From Podarcis filfolensis (taxonomy: Eukaryota): a stretch of 64,000 nt of DNA. Positions 1 through 12,586 of this stretch are shown piece after piece. Position 1 is the first letter of the stretch. Each line of letters opens with the position of its first letter. Location of the stretch: NCBI GenBank assembly GCA_964270895.1, contig OZ185436.1, one strand, 5' to 3'. The notes below the pieces were generated by a model. The model was not told where the DNA came from. It saw nothing but the letters and a program-made list of their open reading frames with translations, and did not search any database. The position numbers were made by a program, and so were the translations under genes.

Positions 1-1908
1 AGGCTTCCTTCTGCCTATGGAAGAGCCTTAATCTTCCCTCCTTCCGTCAGTGTGAGCATTCCATGAGTACAATTCTGCATATGAAATTTTGTAGATCCCA
101 CCCCTTTGTGTCCTAGAACACTTATTTTAGCCAATGAGAATAATAGTTAAGCACATGGTTGTAATTTTTTGTAAATTTTTCTGGTCATAGCCTTGTAGAT
201 TTTGTAGCACAGAATTTAAGATTTCCCTCTTGTTGGTGATTTGTTGGGAAAATCTAGTCTTTCAGTGGCCAAAGTACCAAGAAGAAATTGTGCTGAAAGT
301 AATGAAAATCTGGCTCTCATCTGAGTCAGCCAGAAGATCTGCAGCCTCCCTGGTAATCCAAGTTTTTAAGATGTCCAAGAGACCCTATAAATCATGAAAA
401 ATAGGCTTTAGTTTGGATTCTGTTGTCCTTCTATCTCTTTCACATGTGCATGCCTCTATAATTGGCACCATTATTTCAGTAATAGGGGGTGTGACCATTC
501 CTTGCAGGTGGGCAGCTAAACAAAGCAGGCAATATGGAACAAATTGAAGTGGACAACACATTACATGAGACATTCCAAATCTATGTAGCCCACAACAATT
601 CTAACTGCCTTCTGTAAAAACTGTTGAAGGAGTTTGCTAGCCTACAATTGTAAAACTAATCAGGGCCCTATTGAATAGTTTATTAAAATTCCAATCATCT
701 TGGCTTTCATTTTTTTTAAAAAAATCACTTTCAGATTGTTGCGTTTGGAAAAATGGCAAAAACTCTGGTGAAGTTTTCAGTAGAGAAGCTTCTATGTTCT
801 AACCTGGAAAGAGCCAATGCTTTCATTTGTCTCAGCTTTAGTAGGGGCCTAATTTTGTCGCTAGCAGTGAAATGGAGTGAAGGAGTACCTTGGGGTTTTT
901 AGATTATTAAGAGTGTACGGAGGAAAATAGCTACCTTTTTTGTTTTGATTGTGTCCAAGTCATAAAAGTAGAAAGATAGAACATTTTGCTACTTTCTCTT
1001 AGCCTAAAGAAATGGCTGCTTACTTTTCAGCTAACCTTTTCATAAAGTACAGTGGACACTTGTTTATGAGATCATTAAATGCCCTCTACATTAAAAGGAA
1101 AACATTTTGGAGGTTTTGCCTGCTGTGCAGACTCCAATAGTTGATCTGTTCAACAAGTGGATTGAACTTTATCGTCAGCAGATCAAACTGATACTTAATA
1201 GTTTCTGATACTGCTGTGGAAGCCTTTATACAAATCTCATCTGGATGAGATTAAAGCAGTAGGAGCTTTCATATATTTAATATTTTTCACAACAGCATGT
1301 TGGAAGAATAAAAAATTCATTAAGGTGCTAAAGTTGTACTTCTTTCCAGTGGTTTTTTTCTTTTTCTTTTGAAAGGTGAATTGAGCTTGAGAGGGGAATT
1401 TAGCAGTGTATTAAATGTTAAACCAGATGTATCAAATCAGACTAAATCTACAATATATTCCACTCTGTTCTGAATCTTTATATGATGTGTGGAGATTTTT
1501 AAATGGCAACACACACTATTATTTGGACCCTTTTTCCTGTTTCCATGGCTATATTTTTGTTTTTCTAACAAAATATAAGAGACAGTGTATTTTCATTTTA
1601 CATGGAAATTTTAGGAATATATTCTCACATGATGGATGTTTTTAGCTTTTATTTACTATAGCAGGGTATAGTACAAAGTGTGGGAGTGGAAATAACTCTT
1701 CTTGTCTTCACTTCCCCCCCTCTCCACCCACAGAAAAATTGAACTTCATTCAGTTGAACATTTATTCAATATAATCTGAGAAAATTTTAACTAGGTTTTG
1801 TAAGCATTATGCTTTTTTTAAAAAAAGAACAGAAATTATAAAAGAAAATCAAGTGTTGAAAGAGCACACAATCGGTTTTTCTAAAGAATTTAAGAATGAA
1901 GAAAAATA

Positions 1909-2263
1909 AGGTAAAGGTAAAGGGACCCCTGACCGTTAGATCCAGTCATGGCCGACTCTGGGGTTGTGGTGCTCATCTCGCTTTATTGGCCAAGGGAGCC
2001 AGCGTACAGCTTCCGGGTCATGTGGCCAGCATGACTAAGCCTCTTCTGGTGAACCAGAGCAGCACACGGAAACGCCGTTTACCTTCCCGCCAGAGCGGTA
2101 CCTATTTATCTACTTGCACTTTGACGTGCTTTCGAACTGCTAGGTTGGCAGGAGCAGGGACCGAGCAACGGGAGCTCACCCCGTCGCGGGGATTCGAACC
2201 GCCAACCTTTTGATCAGCAAGTCCTAGGCTCTGTGGTTTAACCCACAGCGCCACCCGCATCCC
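1909..2263 (-). mobile_element. Full-length Sauria SINE (tRNA-related head, BovB-type tail)
   Basis: Minus strand reads GGGATGCGGGTGGCGCTGTGG (A box)...GGTTCGAATCCCC (B box)...(ACCTTT)n tail. Flanked by a 12-bp target-site duplication TGAAGAAAAATA at 1897-1908 and 2266-2277. Confidence 0.93.
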
Positions 2264-2689
2264 AGTGAAGAAAAATATGAGTGTATAAACTTACTCTTCA
2301 GCAGTATTTGTAGGAAATAACTTCTATGGAGTACCTAATCTTAGGCTAACAACCCACCACACAGTTTGCTAGGAAAAACAGAATGCAGACGAGAGATTCT
2401 AAGGACTGGAAAATGAGACAGAAGCTGGGGAAGTGCACTAAAGAGGAGCGAACAACAGCAGCTCTTTGAAATTCCAATGATTATTACTGCTCGGTGTTCA
2501 AACAACCCATCAGTCATAGCTCTGACTTCATTCATTGGCTAAAAACATTGAAAGGTGGGAGCAGCCAGGCTGACTCCTCTCACAGAAATAACTTAGAAGC
2601 ATCCTTGTACATTTTCCTTCACAATTTTCTTTCTAGAGATTTTATTTTTTTAATGGCAAATCAGAGCTGGCTCTGGGACTGGTACATCG

Positions 2690-2900
2690 GTACCCACTGT
2701 ACCCATCTCTCAGTGGTCCCAGCTCTGCCTTTGGAAGTTGGGGTATTGATGACTAGAGGCAAGGCCTTTTCAGTGATGGCATCCTAGCATCCTCAGTTGC
2801 TCACTGTTGATCTAGGTGCAGGTCAAGTCTGTTTTATTAGCACGATATTTTAATGAATGCCAATTTTAGAGGTTTGAGGGCTATCTGCTTTTAATTTTCT
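2690..2900 (+). mobile_element. L2-clade LINE 3' fragment, degraded
   Basis: Contains AGGCAAGGCCTTTTCAGTGATGGCA (reads GKAFSVMA, resembling the L2 ORF2 C-terminal RAFSVAAP motif), followed by an AT-rich tail-like sequence. Boundaries approximate. Confidence 0.5.
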
Positions 2901-5009
2901 TCTTTTTTCATATCAGTATTGTATTGGTTGTATTTGGTAATGATTTGATTATGTCATTAATTTCCTTTCATATGACTTCATACTCTGCCTTGAATTTACA
3001 GATGGGACAGGAATGAATAAGTAAAACCATTACATGGAATCTGGCAGTGTCTTACTTTTTGTGGGGGCAGCAAACCCAGAAACATTTGCTCCGTTATTTC
3101 TTCACCTCATTGGGGCTTGTGTTTCTGCACAAACCCTCTTGAAAGCAAGAGAGTGTGCTCTGCAGCAGTGTTTGGCGAATTTATTCCCTCTACACTTGGT
3201 TGGGGCTGTTAGGCCCCCTTATTACTTTGCATCTGTAATCTCTGTTGGAAAAGAAAATGAAATGCTGGGTATTTATGTTCACTGATCTTAATGAATTAAA
3301 TGACCTTTGCTGGCAAGCAGATAATATGCTGAGATGCAGTGGGAGGCATAACTAAGTAATAATAATAATGGGCAAAGCCTGAGCCATTGTTAGTGGAGAA
3401 CAAAGGCTACCCCACAGAGCATACTGCAGTTTGTGTTACCTCCATGCTGACAACAAGACAGTCTTTCTGAAATTAGGTGACTCAGTGCTCTATTGCTTAT
3501 TGAAACAGAGAAACCTTTCACAGTTATATTTCAAGTTACATTTGCATGTGTTATTCAACAGTGTATCTTGCCCTGTACCAATTGCATACCTTAATAATGA
3601 AAAAATCATACAATGTAAAAACTGTTTACCTTCCAAATAAAAGTACAGCTGTGGGTAACATAATTTTGCTGGAAACTTAACCTGCCCCTTGCCAAAAACA
3701 CTGGTCAAGTGATGACTTTTCAAAACAAGTTATAAAGTTGCATATACATAGGCCGAATGCAGTTTTAAGGCTGGTTCCTTGCAGACTATGATATCCAAAT
3801 CAGAAATCTGCCTCCGGTATGAATTTCCAAATTCCATTTCTTTGTTGGCTTCAACCATAGTATCTCTGCCAATACTAGCCTGGGTTCCTTCCTATCCTAA
3901 TCATGGTTTCAAGTGCATTTGCAAACCCTGCTTAAGCTGGCATTAGCCTTAAAATTAGTTGCTGTTGGTGTAAATGTATTGCTAAATCATGATGAAGGCT
4001 GATGACAGAAAGGAAAAGGAATTGCACTGGAAGGTGGAAGATAAAGACTGTTCTCCAGCTTGCAGGCCATGGTTCTGCAAGAAGCTGCTATCTGCGTCAG
4101 CCGCATGGAGGCAGACTTTGTGAGGTCTCCACAAACTATGAATATTGTAAATAGATAAATGTACACAGTTATTTATTTATTTATTTACAATATTTATAAA
4201 TTCTGTGCAGACCTCACAAACATAGGAATGTTACACCAATAAGCATTGCTTTTTTAAAAAAAGTAACGACAGAATGGATAAGACAACTTGTTTGTTTGTG
4301 TTTGGGGGGGGACCCACTCTCATGGGGCAAGCTGGATCTGTTGGTGACAGATTTGGGAGGTGGGCAGGGAGATGCCACTGTGGGAGCTGGATGAAGACAG
4401 TCCCTCAAGCTTCTTTATTGTTCACCCTATTCAGGGCAAGATTTACGTCTATATTAATATAATACAGACTTCAGAAATTGCCCCTTCCTGATCCCCAATA
4501 TACTAGCCTCTTATGCTGCTTCCAAAGAAAAGGTTGGGCTTTAAAATTTTGCGGAAAGGAAATTCTAAAGCAGGGTATGACTTCCAAGCACATTTTGTGC
4601 AGTATACACAGCAGATATAGGACAGCTGCACAAAGGATATGTAATTGTAGAGTCCCATGATTATGAGGACATACATATTTACTGTGTCATTGTCCAAAAG
4701 AGAATGAGACTTCTCACCAGATACAATTGGTAGAGACTGTTTTTGCGCAATGCTTCAGTTGATCAGCCTTTCCAGTTGTAGTGTTGGGAATTGGGAGTGT
4801 GGCCCAATGATCCAAACAAAGTCTTTGCCATCTCAGTGAAGAAGTAGCATTTATAGTATAATATTGTGTAGTGAAGCTTAATGGGCACTTTTTTTTCATA
4901 ATTCTCTAACTGAGAAAGCAAGCTTGGCTAGTAATGGTGCAAAGTCCAAAGTAGTCACAAAATGGGTGGTAGGCTTGGGAAACCTTGAAACAACATCTTT
5001 TATAACTGG

Positions 5010-5345
5010 AATGGGGAACCTGTGGCTCAGGGACTGAATACAGTCTTCACCACCACCCCTGTTTCTCCCCAGCCATACCTTCTCCCCAGCCCATACTCCC
5101 TCTCTGAGTTATCCCCCCTCACCATCCCTGCCCCATATACTCCTGAAATGCTGTTGCCTGACTGGAATGTATCATTGAACAGCAATAATGCCTTTTGCTT
5201 TCCTAGATAGTGGTTGGAGAAATTGGGATGAATCCTATACATGGGCTATGAGTAGAAATATCTTATTTGAGCCAGGCTGGATTCTAGTCTTCTGTATAAA
5301 GATAAGAATCACCACCATTGCTCCACCCACTTTTGCCTACCACAG
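5010..5345. mobile_element. Non-autonomous hAT-like DNA transposon fragment (same family as 56620-56912)
   Basis: Begins GGGGAACCTGTGGC. Shares an exact 20-mer ATTGCTCCACCCACTTTTGC (5317-5336) with the reverse complement of 56669-56688. Confidence 0.5.
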
Positions 5346-5502
5346 ACTTGCTTGTTTGGAAAATCTCTGCTTAAATATTTTCTTGACTGAAATCCCCTCT
5401 AAAAGATGTTGATGACAAGATACCTTTGCTAGCTACCTTTTCAAGTTCTTTTGTCCCCCTTTTGGTCTATAATGTGGTTTTTGTTGTTTCCTCCCTTCAC
5501 AG

Positions 5503-5743
5503 TGATAGCGATGAGGAAAAGAGATCTAGAAAAGCTAAATCGCCTAAAGGAGAATTCAAAGATGAGGAGGAGACAGTGACCACAAAACACATCCATATTA
5601 CACAAGCCACAGAGACCACCACCACCAGACACAAGCGCACAGCAAACCCTTCCAAAACCATTGACCTGGGAGCAGCTGCACATTACACAGGGGACAAAGG
5701 AAGTCCAGACCAGAACGCTTACACTCAGCTGTCTACAGCAAAG
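5503..5743 (+). CDS. CLINT1: CLINT1 (clathrin interactor 1 / epsinR) internal coding exon, about exon 7
   Basis: AG acceptor at 5501-5502, GT donor at 5744-5745; 241 nt. Encodes (S)DSDEEKRSRKAKSPKGEFKDEEETVTTKHIHITQATETTTTRHKRTANPSKTIDLGAAAHYTGDKGSPDQNAYTQLSTAK, near-identical to vertebrate CLINT1. Confidence 0.98.
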
Positions 5744-6176
5744 GTAGGAGGGCACAACTGTACCTTTGAATTTGCATTTTTCCTAATCAAGTACTGTTTT
5801 CATTAAAGGTAATAAATCTGGAGTCTTCAAGTGTGCCATAGGGAGTAATTCACTGAAAGCACTGGAACTGCATTTGGGTTAAGCAGGTGCTCCTCATCTC
5901 ATATGATTTAGGCATATAGAACAAGCTCAGACCAAAGAATGACGCAGCACCTGGGTTGATACGGGTTTTGACAGTCTCCAGGGTGTTTGAATCCCAAGCT
6001 GTGAAGGGCTTCAAAGGTAAGAAACTATTTGGTAACTAGGGCAGGTTGCTGTAGAATAGGTTTAAGTATGTTTGGCCTTCCAACAGCTATCAACACACAG
6101 ACATAAGCATTCAGCACTAGTTGGAACTTCTTAGTCAGTCTCAACGGAAGCTCCATGTAGAACTTGTTTACCTATA

Positions 6177-6403
6177 CAGGCAACTCCCAATTGATGTGGG
6201 GGTTACATTCCAAGGCACCACATGTTTAATTGAAATTAAACATGTTAATTTCAAATTATATTTGAAATGCCATTGAAAAGGCCTGCAGATGCCCCATCTG
6301 CCCTGCCCCCTTTTGGGACATTTTTTTGTTCACTTCCGGGTTCAGTGCAATGTGTGTGTGGTCACGCACACATATCAGATGTGCCTAAAATAGTTGCAGC
6401 CTG
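6177..6403. mobile_element. Tc1/mariner(Tigger)-type MITE, degraded
   Basis: TA-CAGGCAACT...TAGTTGCAGCCTG-TA: imperfect terminal inverted repeats flanked by TA dinucleotides. Confidence 0.5.
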
Positions 6404-9400
6404 TAGGTGATCCTGGAAGTTGCAAAAGCATGATCAGTATGACTAGATGTCCCCTCTCCAGAAGCAGAAGAATCACCTTGCTTCTGGCACCTATTTATCC
6501 AAGAGTAAAGACGGAGGGACCTAGGCATTCCATTAGGTTTCTAACTTCAGCAGACAGGGAAACTACTGTATCATCTGTCACAGGAAGGACCCACCTACTA
6601 TGGAGCACTGTGATTACCTACCAGTCCAGGATTTGGCATTTTTCACTTGCTTTGTGTACTGTGAGCATCCTTCTTCCCAACTTTGCGGAAGAGTAGCTTA
6701 GCCTCTCCTCATCCTTTCCTACTCTCATCCTTTCCTCCTCCATAGCAGGAAAGAGAAGTGGAGGCTTCCTTGGCTGCTGCTGGACAAAGGCACTCTCAAA
6801 ACCTCCACCGTGTATCACCAAGCTTGCCTGGGGCTGGATCCTAGCCAGGCTAAAATTGTGGATGCCTGTGTTAGGGTTACTTCCATTTTGTATTGTAATC
6901 CAGGTTGTAATCAAACACAACTCTGTATATAATAGAAGTATAATGTACACTGAATGTAATCCAGGTTGAGCATTCCACCTCTTCAGTTCAGTTGGAAGTT
7001 TTTATTTGTTATAAAGTAGAGAAATGAGATAAAATCTGTTGCCACACCTTTGCAAGCATTCTCTGGAAGTGGAAGGATCACTTAATGTCTGAAGACCAGG
7101 GGAATCAGAAGTCATTGTTTGATGGAATCTGTCAAGCTCAAAATTGCAGGGAGATTGAAGACATGAAGTGAACAGATGGGCAGTTTTAAAAACTCCCATG
7201 TCAGCCTCAGGGAAGCTAGAATACTAGAGATTGTATCTATATTACATAGGTAAGTACACTAAGACCATAATGTGAAAGCATGTTTTACTTCTGCTGTAAT
7301 GCAGTGGGGGTTTTTTCTTGCCCGCATAGATGGAGGGAAAGAGGATGCATATTACTTTTCTGGCACTGCCGAGTCTGTACTAAAAGTGATGCTACTTGGG
7401 AAGGAAGTCAGGAAACAATGAAGAAAAGCTATAGTGTTCCCTTTCCACTATAACTATTTAAATTAGCCCAATTGCAAAAACAGCAGTTTGACAGCTCTGA
7501 TGGTTAAACTTAGTGAAGCTATAGTCAGATGGTACAAATTTTAAGTATTCCCTAAATTAAAGACCATATGGCAGTACACTGATCCACCAGCAAGCAGATC
7601 CTTTACATCTAAATTGTGCACTTAATGTATGCATCTATTGTGCCCAAAGTATCTCTGTTCAGTAACTTATTTTGAAGATGCCCTCAGAAAAGGCAAGGAT
7701 CTTTGTATAAGAATTTCACTTTAAAAAGAGGGATAGTTTAAACATTCAAACAAAAAGGCATGAAAAATATGTGATCTAGAAATGAAAGTTCTATTTAATT
7801 TGTGTAGTTGATTTTTTTATTTGTATTTTGTTCTGTTGGAAGCAACTGTGTGGGTACAAATGTTTTAAATAAACAGAGTTTTTTAAGCCCTCTGCCTTGC
7901 TTATCGGGCTTTGGAAAGGAGGCATGAGGGCTCTGGGAGCATGTCGGGGCCCTTTAATGACCTTCTCAGAGCCCCGTAAGCAAGGTCTGTTTTGGAGAAG
8001 TAGGAGTGATTGCAGGGGTTGGGGCCCTGGGGGTTCCTGACTTTATGCAATTTTGCCTTTGTGGGAGGACCTCCAGAACTGAACCCTTGCATACGTGGCC
8101 AGCCCACTGTATTACTATATGCTGAAATGTTTAATTCTGGGTCTGCCCTGTCCTTTAAGGCCATACCCAGACATGTACTTTGCTACCAATTTATATTTGG
8201 CATAGGGCAAGGAAGAAGAACTTAACCATCTAGGGTTGCACATGTCTAGAGGTTGTGCTTTAAACTGGATCTGTTTGCCTGTTTGTGCACTGTTTGTATG
8301 CCTCATGTCTTTAGCCTGGGCAGACATTGTGCCTGTGTGCTAGTTATTGCATGTGTAGTGGCTGGGGGCCCAGGATCAGAGAGATGTTGGTGCACTGCTG
8401 CATAGGTAAGTTCGCCTTCTCCAAATGTCATGTTTCAGTTGCACCCCAAGTTCACAATCTGCTGCACATGCTTGCTGCTTAGATGGGACAAATCTTGTTC
8501 TCCAGCACTCCCAGACTTCATTAAATCCACAGGTGCATTTACAGTGCAGTCCTATACATGTTGGCTGAAAAGGAAGTCTGGCTATTTTCAATGGTTGTTA
8601 TCTCCTAGGCAGGTGTGTATTGGATTGCAACCTTAAGTTTGATATTGCATCCTTCCCCTCTTGTTATCCTGGACTTTTTTTTTGCTTCCAATTATTTTCC
8701 CCATCCGCCCAAGAGTGAGAGTCTTCAACAAGTGTACTGGAGGGAACTTCTTAAAAGCAAATTAAAGTGAGCCCTGTGTCCACATAATCGCTAATGTTGT
8801 AATGAGCAAGTTTTCTAGAAACCCCCAGGTGCATAGAATTTACCATAGATGTACTTGTCTTTGTGCCAAGGTTTATAGTCTATTAAAATTACATGGTGCT
8901 CCAGGAAAAGCAACTTTTCATCCATTGCCGTCCTTTGTGAATGTGTACAAAAATCTAGGATTTAGTCATAAATGATAAAGTGCACCCATGCAACAAGATA
9001 ATATTGTGATTTTTAATGCATGGATTGTATTGGTAAATACATTTCCTTCCTTGTAGCAGCAGAAGAAATCACACTACCTCTACTTTGTGGCAGAAATTTC
9101 TTAAATTATGCTTTTAGTATTCTGGTATCTAGCATTTTGCTATTTTTTATCAAAGAAGCAGAACCTAAAATATACCTTCCACCTTTGGTATAACAGTCAC
9201 TTTATTCCAATTTCCCCAAAAAAGAAGATGGACCTACTTGGGGTGGGATGCCGTTTTAACCATAGATGCTTGGAAGTAATTACTTCAGGAAATGAAGAAG
9301 TTACTTCCAATTAAATATATTCATATTTGGGATGCTGAGTTCAAATCTCAAAGTCAACTCTGAATTTCTTTGGTGCCTTTAGACATCACACTCCTCATAT

Positions 9401-9887
9401 CAGCCTTTCATTTTAATTGGAATAATCCCAGAGGTAAGGCAGTAATAACCAGAGGATTAAAAACTATTGTAAAGCACAAAGAAGGCTATACAAATTTAGT
9501 TATAAGCAGAAAGATATCAAGCTTTAAAACTCTAGGCAGCTTACAATTGACCAAATGATGTTTCTAGTATTTTGAATGTCTCAAAATGAAATTTTAATGC
9601 ATGTTAGCAAAACTATAAAGGTAGGAAATATTTTAAGAAATGGTTCAGCCTTTGCTATGTTTAATAGTTATATGGAATGGGTGTGTTTTCTAAAAATATT
9701 TTTGCACCTCTCCTCACATTGTCTGATGGGAGGTAACAGCTTAATCCTTGTTAACAAGTTGCACAATAATAACTTCCTTTATATTCTTCAGTTTTGTAAT
9801 TCTCTTAATATAAGTTACACATACACACACCTCTTTGCATATTCATAACCATATTTCTTAAAACAGTTCAATTGTGCTTGTCCTTAG

Positions 9888-9960
9888 GTTCCTGGCAGCA
9901 AGTCATCTGGTGACCTGGTCGATCTTTTGTTCGATGGCACTGATCAATCAGTCCCAACAG
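9888..9960 (+). CDS. CLINT1: CLINT1 coding exon, about exon 8
   Basis: ccttAG|GTT...ACAG|GTaaaa; 73 nt; VPGSKSSGDLVDLLFDGTDQSVPT(G). Phases 0/1 are consistent with the neighbouring exons. Confidence 0.96.
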
Positions 9961-12530
9961 GTAAAATGTATTTCTGTGCTCTGTTTGAGCAGTAGCTGTA
10001 GCTTGTGAGTCTAGTACATTTTAATTCTGCTGAAATCAAAGGTATGCATTAGGAAGCTAAGGGAAACTGTATCAGTCAGTTAAATGTAGAGCTGTGTACT
10101 TATTCATAAAACCACATGCAAATTACGATATTGTATAGATTAATAATAACCATAGCACCTTAGAAAGATTCACAGCTAAGTCAGTTTGTCAGGAACTGTG
10201 GTGGCTGAAATGCAATGTTATTCATAATTAATTTTAAAAGCATGTAATCCAGTCAGATTTCAACACTTCTCGTGTTACACATGGAGAGAGAGGCAATGGT
10301 GAGAGTAGCTGACTTACAAGTCACATCTAATGTGTACAGCAAAAGTGACCTTATTACTTCTTATTTTTGTTTCCTGTCCATTGACTCCTGGGTGACCTCA
10401 GAAATAACTATGTTTCTTGGTCACTTAAACTGTTCAATTCATTCACTCCATTGTAGGCGACTAGTGAAACTGAGGCTTAAGTAAAGTAAATGTTACTTTC
10501 TATAATGGAGTGCATGTTTGGTATATTTAAAAAAACCAATGAATAGCCATATCAGGACAAAGTAAGGAAGATTGTCTCTGGCTGGCATGAAATATTAAGA
10601 TGGTTCTATTTACATATCTTCACTGCTCTGCTGGCGTGATTGTAGAATCATCAATCTTATATTAGGTGGCTAGATGTTGATAGCTGCAGTTTTATAATCC
10701 ACATTACCTGTGAGCAAATTAAGAAGAGGATTAAGAGCTATGTAACTGAAACAATGCTTTCTCTTGAAGGAAGAATTTCTCAACAGATTCAGAACACAGC
10801 ATTAACGTTGTTAGTGGAAAGATTATTTTCCACCCCTTTTTATCTCCCATTTACAATACCATGAGCTTCTGAAAAGGTGTGGCTGTACTTTTGGGCTTTG
10901 TGAACTGTCATGATTCTGCCAGAATTGGTTACTCCTATACAAATTTTCAACATGGGGCTGGTTCCATAAAAGTGCTCCCGCAAGAAGACTTTCCTGCCAT
11001 CTTCTTCCAACAGCAGCCCCCTGCATCCACTAAAAAGATGCTCCAGTGGGACAGGGGGTGCTCTGGAACAGTGTGGGATAATAAGGGAGGGGGGGTTAAA
11101 TGCAATTGAAGCACCTTGTGCAAACAGGTCCCATGACCTACAAACAGCTGGTGTTTCAGCGACCTTTGGTGAGCCTTGCACAAACATCTTCGTGTGATTG
11201 CTTCTCTGGTTGCAGAAGGATATACATGATTGGCTAATGATTGGCTAAATCTGGAACTTCTACTATGTATTAAACCCAAGCAAAATTTCGAACAGTTGCA
11301 ATCATTCCCCCCGCCCCCAGGGTTACTATTATTTTATTATTATTTTGTCCTGTGTATATTAATTACATAGTGATAATAACATGAAATTATTTTCTCATAA
11401 GCAGGACTTTAGGCCACAGCTATTAAGCTTTATCCTTTTGCCCCCTGCCACTCCCTGCTTTTGAAGGGTTCCTTAGAAAATGCAAGCAGCAGCTTGAAAA
11501 CTTTGCAGAGGCACAGGAATTCTTCTCCTGTCAGTATACTGGAGAATGAGAGTCGGCATTATATCCCTGTACTTAGTATGATTTTGGATTCTGAATTCTT
11601 GTGAGTAGGTGTATTTTAAACGGCAGCAAACGTGATTGGAAGCTGTCCATATTAAGAAATACCTGTATTTTTCGCTCTATAAGACACCAGACCACAAGAC
11701 GCACCTAGTTTTTGGAGGAGGAAAACAAGAAAAAAAATATTATGAATCTCAGAAGCCAGAACAGCAAGAGGGATCGCTGCACAGTGAAAGCAGCAATCCC
11801 TCTTGCTGTTCTGGCTTCTGTGATAGCTGCACAGCCTGCATTTGCTCCGTAAGACGCACACACATTTCCCTTTACTTTTTAGGAGGGGAGAAGTGAGTCT
11901 TATAGAGCAAAAAATATGGTACATATATCTAGACTGTTTTTTGGATGAGGCCATGGCCTTGGGCTAGGGCAATAAAAGTTTCTGGTGATTGTATAGAAAC
12001 TTAAGGAGTCTTTTTGCTGGGTCTTTGTTACTAGGCATTGAGATTTCCTTCGCCAGCAAATATCTCTCCAGTTTGTCTACCGTTATTTTTTTATTGGGTT
12101 TTTAACATACATGAACAGTGCTCAGTCCCTCCACTTTCCTAAAGTTGTGTTTTCATGTAGGAATAGGGTCAACATCTTTAGTTCTTGATCTCAATCTTCT
12201 TAGAAACATTCTACTTTTAGCTTTAATTGTGTTTTTCTCTACCATCTGGTTTCATAGTTCCCTTTAAAACCTGATCATAACACAATGTAGACAGACATTG
12301 CTTCTTTTTTGGCATATGGAGTATTCTACAGTGATAGAATATTTGGAATACAATATTTTTCCTTTACGGTTCACTGAAACTGTGTGCTTCTGTTAAGCTT
12401 TGTAGCAAGAGCCATTGCATACATGACCCATACCTCTCTACTACCATGGGCTCCCACTGATTTGAAGCACTCACTGAAGTCCTGCTAATCTTATAGGCAC
12501 AGAGCCATCCCTGTGGCTAAAGAAAAGGAT

Positions 12531-12586
12531 GGGTTAGGGTTAGGGTTCTAGACCACACACAATGGGTTATGGTTAGGGTTCTAGAC
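12531..12586 (+). repeat. Short duplicated telomere-like (TTAGGG) motif
   Basis: GGGTTAGGGTTAGGGTTCTAGAC (12531-12553) and GGGTTATGGTTAGGGTTCTAGAC (12564-12586), 22/23 identical. Confidence 0.8.

Noticed and set aside
1140-1188. Small imperfect hairpin TTGATCTG/CAGATCAA
   Set aside because: Short stems with a large asymmetric bulge, within chance expectation.
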